This document shows positions 1 through 11,211 of a DNA stretch of 41,199 bases, one piece after another; position 1 is the first letter of the stretch, and each line of letters opens with the position of its first letter. The translations under genes and the position numbers were made by a program. The notes beneath the pieces are model-generated. The model had not been told where the DNA came from, did no database searches, and saw only the letters and a program-made list of their open reading frames with translations. The DNA lies in contig NW_021835309.1 in the NCBI RefSeq assembly GCF_006345805.1, forward strand, positions 1 through 41,199, given 5' to 3'. This stretch comes from Octopus sinensis. Taxonomy: Eukaryota.

Positions 1-830
1 TGGGACACGCAGAAAGCGGAAGAAAAAAGGCGACAAAACGAAGAAATAGGAAAGGAAATAAAAGAGAAAAAGAAAGGAGAAGGAAAAGACCAAAAAGGAG
101 AAACAACATGAAAAGAAGAACAAGAATAAGATGAAGAAGGAATAAGAAGAGGAAAAAGATGGAGGAGAAACATACGTGGACGAGCAGTAGGTGAAAAGAG
201 AAAAGGATAAAGAAGAAGAAGAAAAAGAAGAAGAAGAAGAAGAGAAGAAGAAGAAGAAGAAGAAGAAAAGAAGAAGAAAGAAGAAGAAGAAGAAGAAGAA
301 GAAGAAGAAGAAGAAGAAGAAGAAGAAGAAAAGAAGAAGAAGTAGGAAAAGAGTAAAGAAAAACGAAGGAAGAGAATGAGAAGAAAAAGAAAGAAAGAAA
401 GAAAGAAAAAGAAAGAAAGCAAAAGTGAAGAAATGTAGCAGAAAAGTGAAAGTGGGACAAGCAGAAGAGGGGAAGAAAAAAGGCGACAAAACGAAGAAAT
501 AGGAGGGGAAAGAGAAAAAGAAAGGGGAAGGAAAAGACCAAAAAGGAGAAAAAGAAAAGAACAAGAACAAGATGAAGAAGAAGGAATAAGAAGAGGAAAA
601 AGATGGAGGAGAAACATATGAGGACGAGCAGTAGGTGAAAGGAGAAAAGGATAAAGGAGAAGAAGAAGAAGAAGAAGAAGAAGAAGAAGAAGAAGAAGAA
701 GAAGAAGAAGAGACAGTAAGAAAGAAAGGAAAATGAAATGAAGAGAAAAAAGGAGAAAACATAAAGATGAGTGAGAAGAATAAATAGAAGATGGAGATGA
801 TGGAGAAGAAGGAGGAGGGGAAGGAGAAGG
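1..830. repeat. Purine-rich (GAA)n/(GAAA)n low-complexity tract containing a diverged ~450-bp-period duplication
   Basis: Long GAA runs at ~210-350 and ~660-710. The segment tgggaca..ggcgacaaaacgaagaaatagg..gagcagtaggtgaaa occurs at 1-200 and again at 453-640. Confidence 0.9.
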
Positions 831-1397
831 GGGTATAATCAGACATGTTGATACAGTTTAATTCGATTGCAGTTAATAGAAATATGGAAGGAGAATGTGG
901 TGTTTGTCTATATGTAAATAAGTAGCGGGAAGCAAGATTATATTGCCGAGTGGAGCGTGCGCGCGTATGCGTTATGTGCGCACGCGCGTGTGCGAACTGC
1001 GTACGTGTGTGTGTGTGTTTAAACTCATTAGAATGCATCAATTGTTTTTCGTGAGATATGATGTTGATGGCTGGAGGATGGATGCCTTGTTGCTGCTGCT
1101 GCCGTTGCTGCTGCTGCTGTTGTTGTTGTTGTTGTTGTTTAGTCCTTAGTCATTTCGGATTGAACAGATGTACGGTGGAAGGCATGCCTGTCGTGACTAC
1201 AGAAAATGGCTGCGTGTTCAAGAAGAAGTTCGCTTCGCTGCAATGTGGTTTCGGGTTCGTTTCTCCTGCGCTACACCTTGGGCTAGTGTTTTAAAGTCGA
1301 GCTACTAAATAGTAATAACAACTAAATTTCTTTCAAATCCCACTCTTCTGTATAAGGACACATAAATGTTGACCCACACCCCTTAAAAATACAGGAT

Positions 1398-1696
1398 GGA
1401 GGCACATGGCTTAGTGGTTAGAGCAGCGGTCAGGCGGTCGAGGGATCGCGGGTTCAAATCTGAGACCGGGCAATGTGTGTGTTTATGAGCGAAACACCTA
1501 AGCCCCACGCGGCTCCGGCAGAAGGTAATGGCGAAATTCTGCTGACTCTTTCGCCACAACTTCCTCCCACTCTTTCCTCCTGCATCTTGCAGCTCACGTG
1601 CGACGGACCGGTGTCCCGTCCAGATGGGGAACCTATACGTCAATGAAACCGGGAAAACCGGCCCTTATGAGCCAAGCATGGCTCGAAAGGAACAAC
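1398..1696 (+). mobile_element. Full-length tRNA-derived SINE with 10-bp target-site duplication
   Basis: A box tggcttagtgg, B box ggttcaaatc, tail ending gaacaac. TSD aaaatacagg at 1386-1395 and 1697-1706. Confidence 0.85.
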
Positions 1697-1865
1697 AAAA
1701 TACAGGGTGTTCGTGATGAATTTGACGAATTTTATATCACTTTTTTTTTTTAGGAACAGCTTGATGTATTGGTGAACAGTCAATCAACGGCATTGGAAAA
1801 CATAAAGATTGAGGTTGTTAAAGAAAAATTAGCCGACACGGAGAACTGAAAGCCATCTGAGTATT

Positions 1866-2096
1866 ACTTTACTCTTTTACTCTTTTACTTGATTCAGTCA
1901 TTTGACTGTGGCCATGCTGGAGCACCGCCTTTAGTCGAGCAAATCGACCCCAGGATTATTCTTTGTAAGCCTAGTACTTAGTCTATCGGTTTCTTTTTGC
2001 CGAACCGCTAAGTTATGGGGACGCAAACACACCACCATCAGTTGTCAAGCGATGTTGGGGGGGACAAACACCGATACACAAACACACACACACACG

Positions 2097-2141
<45 letters not shown>

Positions 2142-2294
2142 GAGCTTCTTTCAGTTTCCGTCTACCAAATCCACTCACAAGGCTTTGGTCGACCCGAGGC
2201 TATAGTAGAAGACACTTGCCCAAAGTGCCACGCAGTGGGACTGAACCTGGAACCATGTGGTTGGTAAGCAAGCTACTTACCACACAGCCACTCC
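1866..2294 (-). mobile_element. tRNA-derived SINE family A (internal (TA)n/(TG)n microsatellite, (GTAAAAGA)n tail), nested in the mariner relic
   Basis: Reverse complement starts ggagtggctgtgtggtaag with a B-box-like ggttcagtccc. Many homologous copies occur in the window. Confidence 0.9.
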
Positions 2295-2539
2295 TACGCC
2301 TATAATGGAAAAGAGTTACCTGTATCCGGGTATAAAAATGCCGATACCATGACAGTTACTCAGTGTTCTCTCAACACCGCAAAGGCTGTAAGACGTTACA
2401 GTGACAGCTGCAATAACTACAAAGCCGCAGCTAAGAGCAAAAGACACAACATCTTTGAACTGAGTCTTTAGGCTCAATTCAGACGGCTACGTAAAGCTGA
2501 TGGTGACTGGTCAAATCTTGGTTGGAAAGGGTTGCTTCT

Positions 2540-2864
2540 AGAAGGCCATGTGGAATAGCAGGATTCAGCTCTTTGCCATACCTCTGGAAAGAGTTAGAAG
2601 TGATTGTCAGAGAATTTTTACCACTCCACCAGCCCGTTTCTGGCCTCCTGAAAAACCCCTGTCTGTAATCCCACTTTCTACGTATGGGCGCAGCTAAAAA
2701 AAAAAAAAGACACCAACCACCGTGCCTTCAACGCCAAGGATGATCCGGTAGCCAAATTCAAGGAGGTGTTCGAAGATCTTCCCAAAGATAGAATGAAGAA
2801 CGTTTGCACTAGGTTCCGGTGCAGTCTTGACATCATGGTTGAAGCTGAGAACGGCCATTTTTAG
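2540..2864 (+). pseudogene. Tc1/mariner transposase C-terminal catalytic remnant (maT/DD37D-like by motif)
   Basis: Frameshifted translation gives (Q)QDSALCHTS...FWPP...FYVWAQL...KDTNHRAFNAKDD...RFRCSLDIMVEAENGHF*, matching the QQDxAxxH/WPPxSPDxNPxDxxVW pattern. Confidence 0.8.
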
Positions 2865-3059
2865 TAAACTGTTATCTACCAGCCATAATCTAGCTGGTAT
2901 TTTTTTTTAAATACTTTTATTTTTGGATGGGATGTTGTGCTTTCTCTTCTTTTTATGCAAACTGTCAAATGTAGCTCGAACACCCTGTATAATGTCGGAA
3001 TGGTCACAGTTGGAAATCCTTTAATCGTAGGCTTTGTTCAATAAGGATTGACCTGCAGC

Positions 3060-4230
3060 TTAAACAATAGCAATTATACCATCAGCAACAACATTACCTT
3101 CAAGTCCGTCACCACAAACTTCACCACCATCGCAACCATCACTACCACCACCACAAACATCACCTTCACTACCACCACCATAAACACCACTGCAAACACT
3201 ACCACCACCATCACCAAAACTAACAACATATCACCATCATTACTACTACCACCAAAACTACCACCAACACCTCTGATACCACCTCCACTACCTCCATTAC
3301 TACCAATCGTAAGCATCATTTCCCATCACAACCATTACCACTGACATTGTCACCAACATCACCATCACCATTACATCTACCATTGCTAAATCCACCACCA
3401 CCGCCATCACTAGCACTACTACTGCCGTACCCATTATCAACAACACCATCATCAGCACCACTACAAACACCAACACCACCACCACCATCAACATATCTAC
3501 CAACGTCATCTTCGACAACATCGCTAGCACTGCCACCAACACTATCAATAGCATCACCATGACCTCTACTACTACCAACACGACAACCACCAGGCACACC
3601 ATTACTACTACCACCACCTTCGCCGCCACCACCACTGCCGTCACCACCACCACCACCACTGCCGTCACCACCACCACCGCCGCCACTACCACCACCAATA
3701 TTACCATCGACACTACTAAGGAGCGACACCACCATTGCCACCAACACTACAGGCGGCCCCGACATAACTACCACCAGCCCCACCAAAATCACCACTACCA
3801 CCACCACCAAAACCACCAGTACCACTACCGACTCCACCAAAACCAACCACTACCACCACTACCATCACCACCATTACCACCCACACATCAGAGACTACCA
3901 TTACCACGCACACATCAGACACCACCATTACCACCTACACATTAGACGGCCCCGATACAACCATCACTACCATCAGCACCACCTCCACCACCACTGCCAC
4001 CACCACTAATGTTACCATCGACACTACCAGCGAGCAACACTGTCATTGTCACCAACACCACAGGTGGCCTCCAACACAACTACCACCACCACCACCACCA
4101 CCACTACCACCACCAATACCACCACCAAAACCACCACTACCATCACCACCACCAAAATCACTACTACCACCGCTACCATCACCAACACCAGTAAACCCAC
4201 CACTGACAACCCACTTTTAATACCACTACC
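3060..4230. repeat. Cryptically simple (ACC/CAC/ACT)n low-complexity tract
   Basis: Degenerate trinucleotide repeats. ORFs in all frames are poly-T/H/P/V/G. Confidence 0.85.
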
Positions 4231-4463
4231 ATAATCCTAACCTCCAATTATATATCCTATGAAGAGAGAACAACAACAACTAAAATAAACAGCAATATGG
4301 TGAGATGGAGGCGATGGTTCCAACGTTGACGAGGGGGATGGAATGAACAGGTCCTGCGATTGGATGAAGGTGGATCAAGGTTTTATTTCACCTCATCACA
4401 AAAGATTAACTTGGCTTCGGAGAGATGCCAGTACTTGACAACGTTTTCCATATTCACTGACAT

Positions 4464-4935
4464 TCTCTCTCTCTCTCTCACTCATTTCCTACCCCCTCTC
4501 TCTCTCTCTATCTTTCTTTCTTTCTCTCTCTCTTTCTCTCTCTTTCTCTCAATATCTCTTTCTTTCAATATCTCTGTCTCTCCTCCTCACTCTCTGTCTC
4601 ACTGACTCACCTTTTCTCTTCCTCTTACTGCCTGTGTCGCTTTCTTTCTTTATTGCCCTCAAGCTCTCTCTCTCTCTCACTACCTTACCGTTTCTCTTTT
4701 CTCTCACTGCATCTGTCTCTTTCTCTCCTTCTCTCTTTCTCTCTTTCTCACCCTCTCTCACTTACACAGAGTCGTTCTTTCTCTTTCTCTCACAGTCTTT
4801 CTCACTTTCTCTCATTTTCTCTGTCTCCCACTCTTTTTGCATCGCGTCTGACTCCCCCTCTCTCTCTCTCTCTTCCTTTCTCTCTCCCTCGCTCTCTCCC
4901 TCTCTTTGTTTCTCTTTCTCTCTCTATCGCTCTTT
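4464..4935. repeat. Degenerate (CT)n polypyrimidine tract
   Basis: Direct inspection. Confidence 0.9.
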
Positions 4936-4999
4936 CTCTGGTATCGTTTATGTCGACTCATACGAAATTTCCAGAAAATTTTATTTCAAACTAAAACCA

Positions 5000-6074
5000 C
5001 TACCAACAACAGTAAGTACAACAGAGCGAAAATTACATCAATACAACAATAACAAAACAACAACAACTACTACTACTACTACCATCACAAGTACCACCAC
5101 CACCAACGCTACCAACACTACCACCACCACTATCACCAACTGCAACACCACCGCCACAACCAACACCAACGCCACCACCACCATCACCACTACTACCAAC
5201 ACCACCAACACCAATACCACCACCATCACCATCACTAACACCACCAGCAACACCACCATCATCACTACCACCACCAGCACTAACAACAACACCAAAATTA
5301 ACTTACAACAAGTGTTACTACTACAATCACATGTACCACCAACACCACCAGTACCACTACCACCACCACAACCACCAACACCACTTGCTACTACTGCTGT
5401 AGCAGCAGCAGAAATGATAACATTAACAAAAAGAAAAAAACCCAAAACCCAAAACCACGAACACGAACACCACCACCAGCAACAACAACAACATCAACGG
5501 CAATAATTACTACAACAGCAACATTTTTAAACAACCCCTGATACTGCAACAACAACAATAATAACAAGTAAAACCACCGCTGCCGCCACAGCCACCAGCA
5601 CCACCACCACAACAACAACAACAACAACGATAGGAAACATAACGAACGGTGATGTCAACAAAATACAGAAAGACAACAGCAATGTGCAAAACACAACAAT
5701 AACAAGAATAACATCAACAACAACAACAACAGCCATAAACACAACAACATTGGCAGGAACCACTTATACAATGCAATAATGGAGAATATAGAGAATACGA
5801 CAACGGGCATATAAACAAATAACAACACACGACAATTAAAACAACAACAACAACAACAACAGCACCAATAATTATAATAATAATAATAATAATAATAATA
5901 TAATAATAATAATTAATAATAATAATAATAAAAATAATAAAAATAATAATAATAATAATAACTAATAAAATAATAATAAAAATAATAATATATAATAAAA
6001 ATAATAATAATAAAAAATAATAATAATAATAATAATAATAATACTAATAATACATAATAATAATAATATAATAA

Positions 6075-6136
<62 letters not shown>

Positions 6137-6170
6137 TAATAATAAAAACTCAATAATAATAATAATAATA
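5000..6170. repeat. (ACC/AAC)n low-complexity tract followed by (AAT)n microsatellite (5867-6170)
   Basis: Direct inspection. Confidence 0.9.
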
Positions 6171-6405
6171 TGAGAAAGTTCAACATGCAATAATATGCAA
6201 TGACAAAATTTTATCAAAATATGTTTTGTTGTTTTCTCCTGAGTTCTTTGTGGGGGTTTTTTTTTTGGTCTTTTTTTTTCCCTTTCTTGAAAGTTGGCTT
6301 CTAAAATATTTTCTTAAGAATCGATTGTTTCAACAGAATAATAGACTTTGAGGGGGGGAAATATGATGGCGTGTGTGCATGTGTGTGTGTGTATTTGTGT
6401 GTGTG

Positions 6406-6446
<41 letters not shown>

Positions 6447-6684
6447 ATTGTGAATCTCAGCATTCGAGTGTCTCAACGTTGTTCCTCGGTTTATATCTTT
6501 CACTTTCTAAGTTATTTTTGTGTGTGTGTATGCACCCACGCACATGTATGCTTGTCTATTTCTACATGTTTTCTTTCTTCTTTTTTTTTGCTTATCTACA
6601 TGTTTATCTAGCCATCGATATATCTAGTTATATATAGATATAGATACATATGTATATGTATATAAATATACATGTATATATATT

Positions 6685-6718
<34 letters not shown>

Positions 6719-7159
6719 TGTATGTATGTATGTATGTATGTATGTATGTATGTATGAATGAATGTATGTATGTATAAGTACATAGATATACATATGTATC
6801 GATCTATGTGTATTTGTCAATCAACATACATGTCAGTCAATCCGTCCTGACCTCACTCCCCCTAACAAAAAATAAATAAAAGATCCATCACTACTTTGTA
6901 GCAGTATCGAATACTTGTTTTCCGTTAGTAAAAACACAAACGTTCGCCAATATACCCCTCACACGCACACACACACATACACACACACACACATTGCACT
7001 GGTGGTGGATCTACGTCGTTCGACGACGAGGATTCACTTGTTAGATCGACTGAATTACCTGTTTCTGATTTAACTAGGAGGCGGCTGAATATTCCACAGC
7101 CGTACATACCCTTAATGTAATTCTCAGGTAACTTCAGCTTGACAAGGTATATTACAAAC

Positions 7160-7204
<45 letters not shown>

Positions 7205-7824
7205 CACACTCAAACTCACGCACGCAAACACATACACACACATGCACACACACACATATGCCAACATCGAGCACTGATAATGAGTGCTCAAAACCACATT
7301 AGTAGGTAAATATATATTTGTAGTTTAAGAAGGCAACCAATGGTTTTATTTGAAGAGGTATTCTCTATTGTTCAAGTGTACCACATAAGAATGTTGATCG
7401 TCAGTTAGGGAAGCTACTATACCTAATTTTAACTATATTTCTACTGATGATCTTGTGGTAGTTACGTGATTTTGGATAATGGGTATCAATCAGTTTGAGA
7501 AACTTTCAGATATGGAGGCTTATACGATAATTATGCTAAATCCCCTCACAACACACACGAACACACACACACCACATATTCATAACATCACAGAAAAAAA
7601 AAACATGCATCTTATAAGCTTACGACTCCATGACCAAGTATGGAGACAAAAATCAGTGAAGTTCCACAAATATACGCACATATTCAAACATGAACAAAAC
7701 GCATGTGTGGAGGGGAGGGTATGTGTGTGCGTGTGTGATTCGTAGCCTGATACATCAAAATTTTTATGAGTACGACGGGATTAGCTAAATCCATACAATG
7801 TGAACTGAATATATGTATGTGTAT

Positions 7825-7993
7825 GGAGTGGCTGTCTGGTAAGTAGCTTGCTAACCAACCACATGGTTCCGGGTTCAGTCCCACTGCGTGACATCTTGGG
7901 CAAGTGTCTTCTGCTATAGCCCCGGGCCGACCAATGCCTTGTGAGTGGATTTGGTTGACGGAAACTGAAAGAAGCCTGTCGTATATATGTATA

Positions 7994-8029
<36 letters not shown>

Positions 8030-8224
8030 TCCCCCTAGCATTGCTTGACAACCGATGCTGGTGTGTTTACGCCCCCGTCACTTAGCGGTTCCGCAAAAGA
8101 GACCGATAGAATAAGTACTGGGCTTACAAAGAATAAGTCCCGGGGTCGATTTGCTCGACTAAAGGCGGTGCTCAAGCATGGCCGCAGTCAAATGACTGAA
8201 ACAAGTAAAAGAGAAAGAGAAAGA
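7825..8224 (+). mobile_element. SINE family A, full length
   Basis: ggagtggctgtctggtaag head, gccttgtgagtggatttgg..gaaactgaaagaagcc central block, ggcggtgctcaagcatggccgcagtcaaatgactgaaac tail. Confidence 0.92.
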
Positions 8225-8236
8225 TATATATATATA

Positions 8237-8328
<92 letters not shown>

Positions 8329-8571
8329 TGCAGTATTCTGTTAACAGCTTCTCTTTTACTCTTACTTTTTTACTTGTTTCAGTCATTTGACTGTGGTCAT
8401 GCTGGAGTACCGCTTTTAGTCGAGCAAATCGACCCCAGGACTTATTCTTTGTAAGCCTAGTACTTATTCTATCGACTTCTTTTCCCGAACCGTTAAGTTA
8501 CGGGGACGTAAACCCACCAGCATCGGTTGTCAAGTGATGTTGGTGGGACAAACACAGACACACAAACATAT

Positions 8572-8609
<38 letters not shown>

Positions 8610-8802
8610 CATTATATAAAAGGGCTTAGTAAAATAAATTACTTTGCCACATACTGAACTCATTAGAAATAGCAGCTAAAAAAAATTTTTTTAAACTATT
8701 TCTAATACTTAAAGAAAATCTCTCTCAGATAGTGTTTGCTCAAGTCAACTCACGAAGGTATGGGGGTAAAAACATTAAAAGATCACAAATGCAAAGGTTA
8801 TT

Positions 8803-8854
8803 TGAGAACGTACGTTTCTAGATTAGTCAAATCGACATTTCTTTCGTCAGCTCA
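8803..8854 (-). ncRNA. Type I hammerhead ribozyme-like motif
   Basis: Minus strand reads tgag-CUGACGA-(helix II aga..gtc/gac..tct)-GAA-ACGUACGU-U-ctca. Helix I is 4 bp, helix III is palindromic, and 10.1-11.1 is an A-A mismatch. Confidence 0.6.
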
Positions 8855-9245
8855 GAACTCCTTGATTCGGATTTGGGAACACTGAAAGTGGGAGCATACC
8901 CTTTTGGCTTCTTATCACTTCCGGAAATCTGCTCGAACTAACAGTGCTAACAAATTCAAAATATGCAAGCGAAGAATTTCTGCTCTCCCCTTTCCACGAA
9001 TATATATATATATATATATATATATAACTAATGTAGGATAAAAATTTTTTCGGGAAAACAATTTTATCAATGGCCCGTATATCAAAAAATATCTTTAAAG
9101 GTTAAATTTATAAATAATTTACAAGATAAGGGCAAAAGAAAAATTCTAATGTCAAATATGCCGAAAAAAAGACAAAGCTTTTCAATAACCATTATAATTT
9201 ATGCGTCTCGAAACAAACCAATAGAAATCTCAAAAAAATTCGTTA

Positions 9246-9303
9246 TTACCGTATTGGTCCAATTTCGGGGTTAATTAATAAATTGTCCCCTCTTCAGCGG
9301 TAA
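9246..9303 (-). ncRNA. Type I hammerhead ribozyme (complete consensus)
   Basis: ttaccg-CUGAAGA-GGGG..CCCC-GAA-AUUG gac CAAU-A-cggtaa. Helix I is 6 bp, helix II 4 bp G-C, helix III 4 bp. Predicted cleavage after AUA (between 9252 and 9251). Confidence 0.8.
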
Positions 9304-9401
9304 ATACGCGAGATATAAGTGATATACTTACTCATACCCATGGAAAAAGCAAGCACTAAGTCCTGAGGGCACATCTCTAGACACGTGTGATTCGAACTAG
9401 A

Positions 9402-9466
9402 ATTTGCCTCTGAAGAGGGGAAAATTTATTATTAATTAACCCCGAAATTGGACCAATACGATAATA
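9402..9466 (+). ncRNA. Type I hammerhead, second copy with mismatched helix I
   Basis: Same core CTGAAGA (9410), GGGG/CCCC, GAAATTGGACCAATA. The helix I arms tttgcct/cgataa have two mismatches next to the core. Confidence 0.55.
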
Positions 9467-9730
9467 ACGAATTTTTTAGAGATTTCTATCGGTTTGTTTC
9501 GAGACGCATAAATTATAATGGTTATTGAAAAGTTTTGTCTTTTTTTCGGCATATTTGACATTAGAATTTTTCTTTTGCCCTTATCTTGTAAATTATTTAT
9601 ATATATATATACATATATACGACGGGCTTCTTTCAGTTTCCGTCTACCAAATCCACTCACAAGGCTTTGGTCAGCCCGAGGCTATAGTAGAAGACACTTG
9701 CCCAAGGTGCTACGCAGTGGGACTGAACCC

Positions 9731-10555
9731 ACTGATTTTTTTATGGGATGTTGTAGCTTCGTCCCATATGATCAAAGAACATTAGATTGAATGGCAGATT
9801 CTATGCTGCGTGAGCTGTTCGACCTTCTGGGAGTAATGTTGCTGCAATTTCAGAGCTCGCTACAGCCAAGGCTATTTCCTTTTTCTGCTGAACTTTGGCT
9901 AGCACTAAATTTGTAACAAAAGTTTTTCCAGTTCCTCCTGGTGCGTCTAAAAAATATAATATTCTTCTCTTATGTGTCACTTGGTTAATGATTGTTGTAT
10001 ATGCAAGTTGTTGGTCTGGCAAAAGTTTCGGGACATTTTCTTCAAGGAATTTTATTAATGAATCTATATCATATGAAGTTTCTCGCAAAAATTCTGTGAT
10101 CAAATTATTCACTTCATTTCGATGAGTTTCAGATAAGCCAAACTTGCTGAGATCCTCTCCTCCCATTGAGACAACACGATCTTCAATATCAACCATCGTT
10201 GAATCCTATTTCCCTCTCTGGGAATCTTAATTGTGCTTCATATTTGTAGTCTTCTGATAAATCATTCTTCTATTTGTGCCACAACGCTAATGAATTACTT
10301 ATTCCACAATTCAGGAGAAGAAATGCCAAAAGATCTCTCAAAGAAATAGGTATGCGTGACACTGAAGCCTCAGTCACGGTTCTATCCCACTGATTGTCAT
10401 CAAATTCAAGGCTAAACAGGTTTCTCTATAAGTTCGAACAGTTTGACCACCATCGTTTTTAGGAAGGAGAAGGCAGTCGCTCCTCTTATTTCATGAAGAA
10501 GCAGCCTCAAAAAGAACATTCATAGGGACACGAATGCATAGACTAAACTCTTCTG
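9731..10555 (-). pseudogene. Helitron RepHel fragment (Pif1-family helicase)
   Basis: ORF 9801-10196 has Walker A LDAPGGTGKT and AVASSEIAATLLPEGRTAH. Downstream LIIWDEATTSHKK is Walker B. Upstream frameshifted LRLLLHEIRG...TYRETCLAL...DDNQWD...LSEDY is typical Helitron linker sequence. Confidence 0.92.
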
Positions 10556-11211
10556 ATTGTCGAGTCAAATAATTTTATACTTGGATGACCCTCTTCGTTA
10601 TCTCTTCTACAGTTATACACACACACACAACGATACACATGTTATTGTGTATGTCATTATATTACTCATATGGTATACCTACAAAAGAGTGCCCCACCGA
10701 ATTTGTTTCTTCCTAAGTTTGGGGATAATGGGTATTTTCAAATGAAAAGTTGTACAATTATATTGAAGTGAGATAGGGAAATGACAGCTGACCTCATAAA
10801 TTCTGATGTGGCATACGTGAAACAAAGAAAAAATGTTGGAGTGAAATCTAAGTTACGGTTTCTATTCTGAAGGTATACAGTGAATAAAACGAAAGTGACC
10901 TTCTACGGTTTCTATTGTGAAGATAGGCAGCGAAAAAAAAGAAAACTGATCTTCTATAGATACAAATATAGAACGAATGCAAAATAATACTTATTACGTA
11001 ATACTTATAGCAATATGAAGTAATGGAGCTTATTACAGTTATACACCCCCTCATACACACCTATGTTATTATCTGCATCGTTATATTACGCATATGGCAT
11101 ACCCACAGAAGAGTGCCCCACCGTATTTTGATATAAAATGAAGAAATATAATAATCCTATAAAAATCATGTCCCTTTGGCAGGTTATTTATTTATTATTA
11201 ATTTAGTTAAA

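Larger units (their letters stand above)
1703..2987 (+). mobile_element. Defective Tc1/mariner (ITm) DNA transposon
   Basis: TA-flanked inverted ends tacagggtgttcg (1701-1713) and cgaacaccctgta (2977-2989), with a further atttgac match. Transposase remnant inside. Confidence 0.85.
9109..9601. mobile_element. Foldback element with ~190-bp near-perfect inverted arms, each carrying a hammerhead
   Basis: Arm 9109-9297 is the reverse complement of 9410-9601 with few mismatches. The spacer is ~110 bp. Confidence 0.9.
8349..9730 (-). mobile_element. SINE family A split by ~1 kb of insertions in its internal (TA)n
   Basis: The 3' half lies at 8349-8580 and the 5' half at ~9605-9730 in the same orientation. 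The head is truncated at the Helitron junction. Confidence 0.85.

Noticed and set aside
1398-1475. SINE heads as tRNA genes (also 7825, 15834, 23133, 35735)
   Set aside because: A and B boxes are present but no full cloverleaf forms, and each continues into SINE body sequence.
191-6820. Long ORFs such as 3316-3846, 4634-5506 and 3559-3945
   Set aside because: Translations of low-complexity repeats; open in several frames and on both strands, with no domain.
7385-7425. Minus-strand CTGACGA followed by a TCAA/TTGA stem
   Set aside because: No GAAA after the stem.
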